Below are positions 1-12,929 of a stretch of DNA of 64,000 nucleotides, piece by piece. The notes under the pieces were generated by a model. It searched no databases. It saw nothing but the letters and a program-made list of their open reading frames with translations, and had not been told where the DNA came from. Source of the DNA: an uncultured Phycisphaerales bacterium (GTDB lineage Bacteria > Planctomycetota > Phycisphaerae > Tepidisphaerales > Tepidisphaeraceae). Made by a program: the position numbers and the translations under genes. The stretch is from the NCBI GenBank assembly GCA_963844715.1, contig CAWJPJ010000007.1, forward strand, positions 992,001 to 1,056,000. Direction: 5' to 3'. Numbering within the stretch: the stretch's first letter is position 1; each line of letters begins with the position of its first letter.

Positions 1-511
1 AGTCCAATGTTTCTTTGACCGGCTTCATGGATAGTTCGACGCTTTATGTAGCGACGGCTACGGTTTACCCGACACGGATGTATCGTCGCCGCACAAGCGC
101 GCCGTTAGTTTGATGTGGATATTAAAATCTTGCCGAAGAGAAAAATGCGCCGTTATCGGACGCGGCCAGTGACTGGCAGTCCCGGTAAATGTGGCGGCGC
201 AGGTGAGGATCGAGTCCTTCTTCTACTCAGTTGCCAGAACCCAATCTCGCCAAAACCGGAACCGATCCTGCGGCCGACGCGGAAGAGGCGTAGCAAGATT
301 TATGAATTTCAATATTAATGTTGCACTTTTGGTGGATGGCTGGCTAAGCTGCGTTCCGCACTTCAATGGAGGGTTTCGTCCGAGGCGAAACCGATTGGTT
401 GTACCTATCGCGGAATGAGAGTTCATCTTATTCCGCTCGAATCAAAAATTTAGCCGCTGATGTCAGCGGACGTGAAGACCGTAGGCGTAGACACCTTTGG
501 AGGACTTGTTT

Positions 512-3500
512 ATGTCGATCGTGGAGCGAGGGTTTGGTCGTCGCGGTTTTTTCGTTAAATCCAAACTAGGCAAAAGCAAAAACGTGAGTTCGGCTGCGCG
601 CCGTGCTCGAGACACTCGAACAGCGGCTGGTGCTTTCGGCGCCGCCGCTGCCGGTTATTCCGACCGGTTCGGGGCATCTCTTTGTCGTCACGGCTGCGCC
701 CTACGACGCAAAGGGAGACGGGTCCACGGACAACACCGCGGCGATTCAGGCCGCGATCAACGCCGCCTCGGCCGCCGGCGGGGGGGTCGTCGAAGTCCCG
801 ACCGCCAGCGCCGATTACGAATGCGGCGCGCTCACGTTCGCGAGCAACGTCGATCTGCAAATTGACTCGGGCGCAACCCTTCAGGCCACCACCGACGTCT
901 CCGGAAAAATCTGGATCTACGTCAACGGGGTGACCAACTGGGAAATCACCGGCTTGGGCAGCGGCGCAACCATGGGCGCTCTCGACGGGCACGGCGGCGG
1001 GAGCAGCGGCAGCCTCAACATGATCAACATCAACGGCGCCACCGTCGGCCTGATCCAGAACATCCAGGTCAACAACTCACCCCACGAACACATTCAGTGC
1101 GGATCGGATCTCGTCAACGACATCACCATCAACGGCGTCTCCATCAACACGCCTTCCGATACGTCCAACACGGACGGCATCGACCCGGCCGGGCAAAACT
1201 GGCTGATCGAAAACTGCACGATTTCCGATGGCGACGACGATATCGCCGTCAAACCGCAGGAGCAGTATTGCGCCAATATCGACGTCGAAAACTGCACCAT
1301 TCTGGCCGGGCATGGCATTTCCGTCGGCGGCGAGACCAACGACGGCCTCGATGGATTCACCGTGAACAACTGCACATTCAACGGGACCACCAACGGCATG
1401 CGCCTCAAGGCCGGTGAAGGAAACGGGGGACTCGTCGAAAACGTGACTTATTCCAATATCACGATGACCAACGTCACCAATCCGCTGATCATCAATAGCT
1501 ACTACAACGGCGGCAGCGACAATTACCCCAGCAATCCGTACGCCGATACCGGCTCGCCGCCCGATGCGACCACGCCTATTTGGGAAAATCTTAATTTCAT
1601 CAACATCACCTCCACCAATACCTCCTCCAGTTCCAACGCCGGCATCATCTTCGGCCTGCCCGACGAACCGGTGAACGGCCTCCATTTCGTCAACGTCAAA
1701 ATCTCCGCGCATCACGGACTGGAAATCAATCACGTCCGCAACACCACGTTCGACGCCAATTCCCTCATCACCGCCAACACCGGGCCGGACATTTCCGGCA
1801 TCGCCGGGAATTCCTCTTATCCGGTCCCGGTGGACGCGCAGGTCACGCTCGCCGGATATACAAATCAGGACATCGGCTCGCCGACGATTCCGTTCGATAC
1901 CTCCGAATCGCTCTTCGATCCGGCGACGGGAATCTGGACCATCGATGGCGGCGGGTCCGGCATAGGCTCGACCAGCGACCAGTTCAATTACACATCGCAG
2001 ATCGTGTCCGGCAATTCGAGCCTCTCGGCGGAACTCACCAGTCTCAGCAGTGGGGCGGCTGGTTTGATGTATCGCGCCAGCACCAACACCAACGATCCTT
2101 TCGCCGCCGTCGTGCAGAGCGGCAGTCAGATTCTCTTCGAATGGCGCGCCACGTCCGGCGGCGCTGTGCAATCGACCGCGGTCAGCGGAACCGTCGGTTC
2201 GACTTTCCTCGAGATCAGTCGGTCTGGCAGCAGCTTCTCCGCGTTCTACAGCACCAACGGCGGAAGCAGCTACACGCAGATCGGTTCCGCGGAAACGATC
2301 TCCGCCATCGGCACGGCGGCCAATCTCGGCGTTTACGATTCGTCCAACAGCAACGGAAGCGTGAACGTCGCGACGTTCTCGAAGGTCGCCATTTCCGGAA
2401 GCCAGGCCAGCGGCCCGACCGTCGCGACCGCCGCCAGCGCCACGCCAAACCCGGTCACCGGAACCTCCACAGCGCTGAGCGTTCTTGGGGCCGACCCGAA
2501 CGGCGAATCTACGCTCACGTACACCTGGGCGACGACCGGCACTCCGCCCGCGGCGGTTAATTTCAGTTCCAACGGCACCAACGCGTCGAAGAATACCACC
2601 GCGACATTCACGGCGGCTGGTTCGTACAACTTGCAGGTCACGATCACCGATCAGAACAATCTCAGCACGACCAGCAGCGTGACCGTCGCTGTGAATCAGA
2701 CCGTTACCACGATCGCCGTGAGTCCCTCTTCGGCGACTGTTACTCAAAGCGGCACTCAGCAGTTCAGCGCTTCAGCCAAGGATCAATTCGGAAACACGCT
2801 CACAACGCAGCCGACCTTTACCTGGTCGCTGGCTTCGGGGAGCGTGGGAAGCATTTCCACCGGCGGTTTGTATACAGCTCCGGCCAGCAACGGCTCGGCA
2901 ACCGTTCAGGCGGCCGCGTCGGGCGTCACCGGCACGGCGGGCGTCACGGTCTCCGGGACGACGAATCAGCCACCCACCGTTGCGACGCCCGCCAGCGCCA
3001 CGCCGAACCCCGTAACCGGAAAGACCACCGCGCTCAGCGTGCTGGGCGCCGACGACGGCGGCGAATCGAATCTGACTTACACCTGGGCTGACACCGGCCC
3101 CTCCGGCGTCACTTTCAGCGCCAACGGGACGAACGCTTCCAAGAACAGCACGGCGACGTTCGCCTCGGCGGGGAGCTATACGTTTACCGTCACGATCAAG
3201 GATAGTGGCGGATTGACCACGACCAGCAGCGTGAATGTGACGGTCAATCAGACGGTCACGACGATTTCCGTCAGTCCCTCCTCGGCTTCGGTTGCGGAAA
3301 ATGCGACGGAGCAGTTCAGCGCCTCGGCGAAGGACCAATTTGGCAACACGCTGACGACCCAGCCGAGCTTTAGCTGGTCGCTGGCGTCGGGAGGCGTCGG
3401 AAGCGTATCGTCGAGCGGCCTGTATACGGCGCCGGCGACGACTGGAAGCGCAACCGTGCAGGCGGTCAGCGGCGGGGTGACTGGGACCGCGAGCGTGACG

Positions 3501-4601
3501 GTCACGGCGGTCAATCAGCCGCCCACTGTCGCGACTCCCGCCAGCGCGACCCCGAATCCCGTCACCGGCAAGACCACCGCGCTCAGCGTCCTGGGAGCCG
3601 ATGACGGCGGTGAATCGAACCTCACTTACACCTGGGCTGATACCGGCCCGTCCGGCGTTACCTTCAGCGCCAATGGGACGAACGCTTCGAAGAACACGAC
3701 GGCGACGTTCGCCTCCGCCGGCAGTTACACATTCACTGTGACGATCAAGGACAGCGGCGGCCTGACCACCACCAGCAGCGTCAATGTCACTGTGAATCAA
3801 ACGCTGACGACGATCACCGTCACGCCGTCAACTGCATCGATTACCGAGGGCGCAACTCAGCAGTTCAGCGCCTCCGGGAAGGATCAGTTTGGCAATACGA
3901 TGACCACCCAGCCGACGTTTGCCTGGTCCCTCGCTTCGGGCGGGGTCGGGAGCGTTTCCTCCAGCGGGTTGTACACGGCGCCTTCCACCACCGGCAGCGC
4001 GACCGTGCAAGCCACAAGCGGTGGAAATACCGGGACGGCAACCGTGACCGTCACCGCGGCAAGCACGGCGACTCATGTGAATCTGCCGTCCTATTACAAC
4101 CGGGTCGGCTTCGCCAACGACGGGCAGACTTTCTCCGGCACCGGCATCGACGAGAGCGGCAACGCGTACTCGGCGAATCTGCTCGACGCCAGTTCGCTGG
4201 CGAGCACCTACACGCTTGGAACCGCCGGCGTGAACGACGTCGTGTCGGTGACCGACCAGACGATTACGTTGCCGCAGGGGAATTACAGCACCCTCACGTT
4301 CATCGGGACCGCGCTGAATGGCAACAAGACCGGCCGCACGTTTGTCGTCCATTACACGGACGGCACGAGCCAGTCCTTCAGCATCAACATGAGCCAGTGG
4401 ACGACGCCGCAAAATTACTCCGGCGAAAGCGTGGCGCTGAGCATGAGCTACTACGATACGTCCAAGGGAGGCAAGACGAACACCACGGTTGACCTCTATC
4501 AGTACACGTTGACGCTGAACAAGTCGAAGACCGTCGAGAGCATCACGCTGCCCGGAACGACCAACAGCATCGTGATCGTGGCCATGAATCTGAATCCGTA
4601 A
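512..4601 (+). CDS. Secreted GH28 polygalacturonase-like glycoside hydrolase with planctomycete extracellular leader, ConA-like domain, tandem Ig-like (PKD/Big_2-type) repeats and C-terminal beta-sandwich
   Basis: GH28 motifs NTDG, GDD, GHG, RLK in ORF 603..4601; leader VLETLEQRLVLS. Probable start is ATG 512 with GGAGGA RBS at 499-504, joined by a frameshift near 600. Confidence 0.85.
2964..4060 (+). repeat. Intragenic tandem duplication of a ~183-aa two-Ig-domain unit
   Basis: NQPPTVATPASATPNPVTGKTTALSVLGADDGGESNLTYTW recurs at 2964 and 3513 with near-identical protein sequence; a more diverged copy starts near 2415. Confidence 0.85.
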
Positions 4602-4616
4602 GCGTGGGAATTCCTT

Positions 4617-4652
4617 TCGGGCTCCCGGTCCTCAGGGGGATCGGGAGCCCGA
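4617..4652 (+). terminator. GC-rich stem-loop after the GH28 gene (terminator or RNA-stabilising hairpin)
   Basis: TCGGGCTCCCGGTCC...GGATCGGGAGCCCGA inverted repeat; U-tract is weak. Confidence 0.5.
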
Positions 4653-5025
4653 TCACTTCAACTCGCGGATTTCGCGGACCTTGGCGGCTCGATTTGCACG
4701 AGCTGCGCGCTCGGTTTGGAGAAATCGTCCGCCACCGCCAGCGTCTGATCTGCCAAGGCCAAATTTATCGGCGAGTCGGCAGCGCGGCTCGTTAGTTTGC
4801 TTGCGCCAGTAAACGCGCAATCTGACGCCATACCCTCACGCCAGTCGTTTAGTCACTCATCTTACCGGCTGCTTCGGCGCGCATTTAAAGCGCTCGAAGT
4901 TGGGGAACAAATTGTCGATAAAAACTCACGCAGGCGGCCCATTTCGCTGTTGATGTAGCCGTCGTGACATTCCGTCGAGAGGAAAACGAACTGCAATGAG
5001 CACCAGATTGGGGGCTGATCAAGCC

Positions 5026-8000
5026 ATGGCTAAACCATCACGCATCTTTTCCGGGCGATCGAAGATTTTCAGGCGGCCGAACCACGCCGGGCGGGAATCC
5101 GCTGCGTGGCGAAAAGCGGCGGACCGCGGAACTATGTCGTCGAGCCGCTGGAGCAGCGCCTCTTGCTGAGCATCAATACGCTCGCTTACTTCACTGGAAC
5201 TTCGGGGGCAGACCCGGGAAACAATAATACCGCAACGATTGCGGAGGGCGCCCCGGTAATGGATGCAAGCGGAAATCTTTACGGCGTCACGCCGACGGGC
5301 GGCGCCAACAACAACGGAGAAATTTGGGAGCTTGCCGCGGGCGCAACCAGTATCACGGTTCTATACAATTTCAGCGCGGTAAACGGACAGGGCGAAAACG
5401 CCGACGGGATCAATCCGTATGGCGGGTTGCTGATTGATGGAAGCGGGAATCTTTATGGTACCGCCTCCGCCGGCGGAGCCTCGGCCATTGGGACCATCTT
5501 CGAATACTCGACGACCGGTTCCACGTTCAGCACTCTGGCATCGTTTCAGGGGAGTAACTTTCCGACTGCAAAGCCTCTGGGCACGCTGATCATGGACGGG
5601 AGCAAGAATCTCTACGGTACAACCGAAGTAGGCGGGAATGGCACGATTTTCGAGCTAGCGTGGAACGGCTCCTCGTATGCGACGCTGCCGAGCGTGCTTT
5701 ACGCCTTCCAGGGGACGACGGACGGAAAAAATCCGTACGGCGGGCTAGTGATGGACGGAAGTGGAGATATCTTTGGAACGACCAAGTCGAGCGGCACGGG
5801 CACGCCCGCGGATGGCGTCATTTTCGAACTCGCCGCCGGGGCGACGGCGACAACCACTTTATACACGTTTACGGGAACGCCGGACGGGAAGGACCCGCTC
5901 TCCTCACTGATTATTGACAGCAACGGCGATCTATTCGGTACGGCTGAGCAGGGCGGCGCCAACAGCGACGGTTCGCTCTTTGAGCTTACCAAAAGCGGCG
6001 GGTCCTACAGCACGGCACTGACGATACTCTACGCGTTCAAAGGCGGCGCGAGCACGCCCGAGCTTCCATATGGCGGCCCGATCGAAGACAGCAAGGGGGA
6101 TCTATTCGGCACTCTGGAGTTAAAAGGGGATGGTACCACTGGGAATGGGGCGGTGTACGAGCTTCCCGCCGGCGCCACCACTCTTACGGTTCTTTACGAG
6201 TTCACCCCATTGACCGGCAGCGACAACACCGACGGCGCGAATCCCTTCGGCCCTCTTCTGATGAACAAGGGCAATCTTTACGGCACGACCGCCATGGGCG
6301 GAACATCCGGCGACGGAACCATTTTTGAAATCCCGTCGACGACAAAACTCGCCTTCGGGACGCAGCCGGCGAGCACGACGGCGGGAACTCTTTCGAGCTT
6401 TACGGTGGATGTCGAAGACACCTATGGAAATATCCTCACGGGGGATAGTTCCAGCGTGACCCTTACGGTCGCCAGCGGTCCTGGCTCGATTGGCGGCACG
6501 GACACCGTCGCGGCCGTGGCCGGCGTGGCGACCTTCAATAACGTCACCATCACTAAAGCCGGGAGTTACACGCTCACCGCGGCAGACACCGGCGATACTT
6601 CGGCCACCTCCAGCAGCTTCACCATCAGCGCAGCCTCGGCGTCCCAGGTTGTCTACGCGCAGCAACCCAGCAACGTCACCGCCGGCGTAGCCAACAGCCC
6701 GGCAATTACGGTCGACGTGGAAGATCAGTACGGCAATATCGTCGCGTCGGACAGCTCTAACGTAACTCTATCGGTTGCCAGCGGCGGGGGGTCGGTGAGC
6801 GGCACCTCGACGGTTGCCGCCAGCAGCGGCGTGGCGACGTTCAGCAATCTCATCGTCGATACCGCCGGCGCGCACACGCTTCTGGCGTCCGACGGCTCTC
6901 TTACCACCGCGACGTCCAACAGCTTTACCGTCAGCGTGGCCGGCGCGGCGCAGCTCGCTTTTCTACAACAGCCGACCACTGCCGACGCGGGGAGCACAAT
7001 TTCTCCTTCGGTGACGGTGGAGGTTGAAGATCAATTCGGAAACGTCGTCACCACCGATTCGTCGAACGTCACGCTCTCGTTGAACAGCGGGTCCGGTTCG
7101 CTGAGCGGAACGCTCACGGAAGCCGCATCGAGCGGCGTCGCCACGTTCGGCAATCTTTCGATGACCGACGCGGGCTCGAAAACCTTGCTCGCCAGCGACG
7201 GCAGCCTGACCACGGCGACGTCGAGCAGTTTCACCATCAGCGCCCTCAGCGCGTCGAAAATTGCCTTCGTGCAGCAGCCAAGCGATGTGGCGGCGGGGGA
7301 CGCCAATAGCCCGTCGATCACGGTGGATGTGGAAGACCAATACGGGAACCTCGTCACCGGAGATGGCTCGAATGTGACCCTGTCGATCAACTCGGGCCCG
7401 GGTTCCATCGGCGGAACGGATATGGTCGCGGCTTCGGGCGGCGTGGCGACATTTAGTAACGTGATTCTCGATACGGCCGGCAGCTATACGCTGGCGGCGG
7501 CGGATGGATCGCTCACCGGCGCGGATTCCAGCAGCTTTACGGTGAGCGCGGCGTCCGCCAACAAGTTGGCTTTCGATCAGCAGCCGTCGACGGCGACCGC
7601 CGGTGTTGCCATCAGCCCGGCGATCACCGTCGACGTCGAGGACCAGTTCGGCAATATCGTGACGACGGATACGTCCAACGTTACCCTCTCGCGAAATTCC
7701 GGCTTCGGCACTCCCTCAGGCACGCTTACGGTTGCGGCAGTCGCCGGCGTCGCGACGTTCAGCAACGTCATTCAAGACGGTTCGGGGGCTCACACCCTCG
7801 CGGCTTCGGATGGCAGCCTGACCGGCGCGACCTCAAACAGCTTCACGATTAACGCGGCCGCGGCGTCGCAAATTATCTGGGGACAGGGGCCGAGCGATGT
7901 GACGGCGGGCGTCGCCAACAGCCCGGAGATTATCCTCAACATCGACGATCAGTACGGCAACGTCGTTACGTCGAACAATTCCGACGTGACGCTCACCGTC

Positions 8001-11000
8001 CATAGCGGCCCCGGGTCGCTCAGCGGCACGGATACCGTCGCGTTCTCCAGCGGCGTGGCGCAGCTTGATAACGTCATCATCGATACGGCCGGCGCCTATA
8101 CCCTGACCGCGACGAGCGGCTTGATCAGCGCCAATTCCGGCAGCTTTACGGTCAGCGCGGCATCGGCGTCCCAGGTGGTGTTCTCGCAGCAGCCGACCGA
8201 TGTCGTGATCAATTCGGCGATCAGCCCGTCCATCACTGTGGACGTGGAAGATCAGTTCGGCAATGTCGTCACCGGCGACACTTCCAACGTGACGCTGGCC
8301 ATCAACACGGGCTCCGGATCGATTGGCGGCACCGACACTGTCGCGGCTTCGAGCGGCGTTGCCACATTCGATAATGTGACGATCAATGCACTGGGCGCGC
8401 ATACACTTCATGCTTCAGATGGGAGCCTGACCATCGCGAACTCTTCGAGCTTCACGGTCAATCCCGCGCCGGCGAGCCAGATCGTTTTTGATCAGCAGCC
8501 GACCACTGTGACCGCCGGCAATGCGATCAGCCCGGCGATCACGGCCGATCTTGAAGATCAATTCGGAGACATCGTCACCACCGACACCTCGACCGTGACG
8601 CTGACGGTCGCGAGCGGACCCGGCTCGATCGGCGGGACCGACAGTGTGGCAGCTGTTAGTGGCGTGGCGACATTCAGCAACGTCATCTTCGACACGGCCG
8701 GCAGCTATACGATCAGCGCCGCCAACGGCGTCGCCAGCGCGGCGACGTCGAACAGCTTCACGGTCAATCCGGGCAGCTCCGACAAAGTCGAATTCGTGCA
8801 GAACCCGACGACCGCCACCGCCGGCGTGACGATTTCCCCCGCCGTCACCGTCGCCGTTGAGGATCAATTCGGAAACGTCGTCACCGGCGATACGTCGAAC
8901 GTTATGCTGTCCGTGAACAGCGGGACCGGGTCGTTAAGTGGGACGCTCACCGAAGCGGCTTCCAGCGGCATCGCCACGTTCAGCAATCTTTCCATGACCG
9001 CCGCCGGCGCGAAGACTCTTCTAGCCATAGACGGCAGTCTGGCCGCTGCCGATTCCGGCAGCTTCACGATCGACGCCACGACCGCGACGAAATACGTGTT
9101 CGCCCAGGGACCCAGCGATTCCAGCGCGGGCAGCGCGATCAGCCCCGCGGTTGTGGTTGACATCGAAGACCAGTACGGGAATGTGGTGACGACCTACACG
9201 CAAAATGTCACCCTGTCGGTCAACAGCGGCCCGGGCGTCTTTAGCGGGACGTCTTCGGTGAACGCCGTTGCCGGCGTGGCGACCTTCTCCGATCTGATTC
9301 TGGATACCGCCGGCGCCTACACCATCGATGCCGCCAACGGCATCCTCAGCTTTGCGCTATCGGGTTCGTTCAACGTCAGCGCCGCGGCGGCAAGCAAGTT
9401 GGCATTCTCGACACAGCCCGGCACGAGCACGGCCGGCGCGGATATATCCCCGAGCCCGGTCGTGGACGTGGAGGACCAGTTCGGCAATATCATCACATCC
9501 GACTCCTCCAATGTGACGCTCTCGGTCGCAAGCGGCGGAGGATCGGTCACGGGAACGCCCACCGTCGCGGCGAGCAGCGGCGTGGCGACGTTCAGCGGCG
9601 CCGTCATCGATACAGCCGGGACTCACACGATCGCGGCCTCGGACGGCAGCCTCACTTCCGCGACTTCCAGCAGCTTCACGATCCATCCCGCCGGCGCATC
9701 GCAGATGGTCTTCACGCAGCAGCCGACGACGGTCGCCGCGGGCGTCGCCATCTCGCCGGCCATCACGGTTGCCATCGAAGACCCGTTTGGGAATCTGACC
9801 AACTCCAGCCCGTCGGTTTCGCTGTCCATCGATACCGGGCCCGGATCGATCGGCGGGACCGACTCGGTCTTCGCATCGGGCGGGATTGCAACATTTAATA
9901 ACGTGCTCTTCGATACGGCCGGCAATTACACGCTGACGGTCGCCGCCGGTGGTTTGCCCGACGCGAACTCCGCCAGCTTTACGGTCAATCCTGGAGCCGA
10001 GTCGCTTATTGTCTGGGGCCAGCAGCCGAGCGACGTTGCCGCGGGCGCCGCGATCAGCCCGTCGATGACCGTGGAGGCGGAAGATTCATTCGGCAACATC
10101 GTCACCTCCGACTCGCGCAGCGTGACCCTTGCCGTGGCGACGGGTCCGGGCTCGATTGGCGGGACGGATACGGTCGCCTTCTCCTCCGGCGTGGCGACAT
10201 TCAGCAACGTTAAGTTTGACATGGCCGGAAGCTACTCCATTGCGGCCAGCGATAGCTTCTCCCCTGTGACGACATCCAACAGCTTCACCGTCAGCCCCGC
10301 GGCGGCGTCTCAAGTGGCCTTCGTGCAGCAGCCGAGCACGGTTACGGCGGGAAGCGCCATCAGTCCGGCGATCACCGTCGATGTCGAAGACCCATTCGGA
10401 AACATCGTCACCACGGACAGTTCGAACGTCACGCTGGCGATTCATACCGGCGGCGGCTCGATCGGCGGGACATCCACCGTCGCGGCCTCGAGCGGCGTGG
10501 CGACGTTCAGCGATGTGCTGATCGACACCAGCGGCGCTCACACGCTCGGCGCCAGCGACGGCGTTCTCACCGGCGCTGTGTCGAGTGCGTTTACCGTCAA
10601 TCCCGCGGCGGCTAGCCAATTGGCGTTTGCCCAGCAGCCGAGCACCGTCGCGGCCGGCAGCGCGATCAGCCCGTCGATTGTCGTCGATGTCGAAGATCAG
10701 TATGGAAATATCGTTACCAGCAACAGCTCGAACGTCACCCTTTCGATCAACACCGGGCCGGGCGCCATTGGCGGAACTGATACCGTGGCAGCCTCGAGCG
10801 GCGTGGCGACCTTCAGTAATGTGAAATTGAATACGGCCGGCGCCTACACTCTGGCTGCCAGCGACGGGTCGCTCACCGGCGCGGATTCCAGCAGCTTCAC
10901 CGTCAATCCTGCCGCGGCGAGCCAATTGGTCGTCAATCAGCAGCCGAGCGACGTCACGGCGGGCAGTGCGATCAGTCCCTCGATGACGGTCGATGTTGAA

Positions 11001-12068
11001 GATCAATTCGGAAACATTCTGACTGGGAACACGTCGAACGTCACGTTGGCCGTTCATAGCGGAGCTGGATCGATCGGTGGAACCGATACGGTCGCGGCCT
11101 CGGCAGGCGTGGCGACTTTCGCCAACGTCATCTTCGATACCGCCGGGACGTATACACTGACCGCCAGCGATGGAGCGCTGACAAGCGCGACCACCGGCAG
11201 CTTTACGGTCAGCCCGGCGGCGGCGTCGCAAGTCGCCTTCTCACAGCAGCCCACGCGAACGCTCGTGGCCACCGCGATTACTCCGGCGATGACCGTCAAC
11301 GTGGAAGATCGCTTCGGAAATATCGTGACCAGCGATACGTCCACGATCACTCTTTCCGTTCACACCGGACCGGGCGACCTGACCGGAACCGTCTCCGCGG
11401 CGGCGGTCGGCGGCGTGGCGACGTTCGACAACGTAGTTATCGATATCACCGGCACCTATACGTTGACCGCCAGCGACGGGAGCCTCACCTCGGCGAACTC
11501 CAGTTCGTTCGTGGTCGGGTCCTCCGGCGTGGCGACCCAAATCGTCTTCCTGCAAACGCCCTCGGCGGAGTGGCAGTTTGGGCCGGTCAATGTCCAGGTG
11601 GCCGTCGAAGACGCGTTCGGAAATATCGTGACCGACAGCTCGGCGCCCATCACCATCAGCACCAACGAGACCGGTTCACTCGGCGGGACCATGACGGTCG
11701 ATGCGGACAACGGCGTGGCGACCTTCTCCAATATCTACCTCGCCAAGTCGGGCACGTTCAGCTTCTCAGCCAGCGGCGGGGGATTCAGCGCCGGCAATGG
11801 ATTCAGCGTGCAATCGGTAGCGCTGCCCGTGGTCGTGCGCACGCGTGCCTTGATCAATCCTGCGCCGTTTGATCCGACCTATGTGCTGGGCCTGGAGCGC
11901 TACTTCGGGGCGCAAGTGACCCAGGAAGGTCTCCCCTCCGTCGGACACGGCAATACGCCTCAGCCGGCTGATACCGACACGCCCGCCATCGCGGCCGCGT
12001 TCACCCCGACGCCGACCGCCAGCGCGCAGTCCGACAATCTCGACTACACGAATCCGTTGTTGAATTAA
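5026..12068 (+). CDS. Giant surface/adhesin-like protein: planctomycete extracellular leader, 7 Gloeo/Verruco (GloVer)-type propeller repeats, 18 Ig-like repeats
   Basis: ORF 5106..12068 has VEPLEQRLLLS, seven GxLxxDxxGNLYGTT-type repeats and 18 ~100-aa repeats (xxLAFxQQP...VEDQ[FY]GN...GVATFSN). Possible upstream ATG at 5026 needs a frameshift, so the start is uncertain. Confidence 0.8.
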
Positions 12069-12209
12069 TTGGTTTTCTTAGCCACTCGCTTGCACGGCTT
12101 GCGCGAGCGCGGACGCGCCGCGGTGTCTGAAAGTCGGCATTGCCGTTAATGGCGCGAACGGATCGTGTCGGCCAATCGCCGCGCCGCCGGGAATCATCGG
12201 ATGGCAAAA

Positions 12210-12929
12210 TCAAAATTGGTAGGGCGAGAGATAGGGCTCTTCCGGCGCGGGGATTTGAACGATCTGATCGGCGCGGATGGTTGGAATCGTTTGCCCGTCC
12301 TTGCTTTGCAACTGGAGCGTTCCCTCGACATGTACCCACTGGTCGTCCTTGAATCGGCTTGCCATGGGCGAAGTCACCACCACCTGCACGGGCATGGCGT
12401 CGGCAGCGCAGCACACGACAACGAATCGGAAAATCACCATTTGTCCGTTGGGAAGCGAGGGATCCATCCAGACGCGCCCCTCGGTGGCGATGTGCGTGCC
12501 GTTTAGCCGAGTGAGATTTCGGGCGATCGTGCCCAGATTAATCGACTTGCTGGTATCGATTGGGGCATCGCTCGAATCGGTTCCGAGGGACATCCCCAAA
12601 CCCAGGGACCGCTTCTGCAAGGCAAAGCTGTTTAGCCCTGACGCCGCCGAGCCGGAGATCAGGCTTCCCATATAAATGACCGGCAGCAAAATCATTCCCC
12701 CGCGCACCCACGCCCCGGCCGAGACGCGCCCGCCATGCGCCGGGCGCAGAAACATCGCGACGATGAATAGAGCCAGAATGATCACGCTAGCCAGAAGCAG
12801 CGGCCAAAGTTCGGCGCGGATGAAAAGCGAATACCGCCCGGCGATCAGAATCGCCGTGAGGCCGACGGTCCATCCGCCGAGCACCGTGGCTCGCCATCGG
12901 CTGCTTGAGGTTGTCAAAGGCCCGATCAT
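12210..12929 (-). CDS. TIGR03943/DUF1980 (YcgQ-like) permease subunit
   Basis: N-terminal TM helices, RFVVVCCAADA motif and C-terminal PEEPYL; ATG 12929 overlaps the upstream stop (ATGA). Confidence 0.8.
   Translation of the reverse strand: MIGPLTTSSSRWRATVLGGWTVGLTAILIAGRYSLFIRAELWPLLLASVIILALFIVAMFLRPAHGGRVSAGAWVRGGMILLPVIYMGSLISGSAASGLNSFALQKRSLGLGMSLGTDSSDAPIDTSKSINLGTIARNLTRLNGTHIATEGRVWMDPSLPNGQMVIFRFVVVCCAADAMPVQVVVTSPMASRFKDDQWVHVEGTLQLQSKDGQTIPTIRADQIVQIPAPEEPYLSPYQF

Noticed and set aside
1..28. Possible start of a minus-strand gene (MKPVKETLD...) running off the window
   Set aside because: Only nine codons are visible, which is not enough support.
5020..5060. GGCTAAACCATC as a c-di-GMP-I riboswitch
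   Set aside because: It lacks the GNRA loop and GCAAA second stem, and overlaps the probable start codon.
6340..11800. Ig repeats as DGR template/variable repeats or a shufflon
   Set aside because: Divergence is spread throughout rather than adenine-specific, and no reverse transcriptase or recombinase is in the window.
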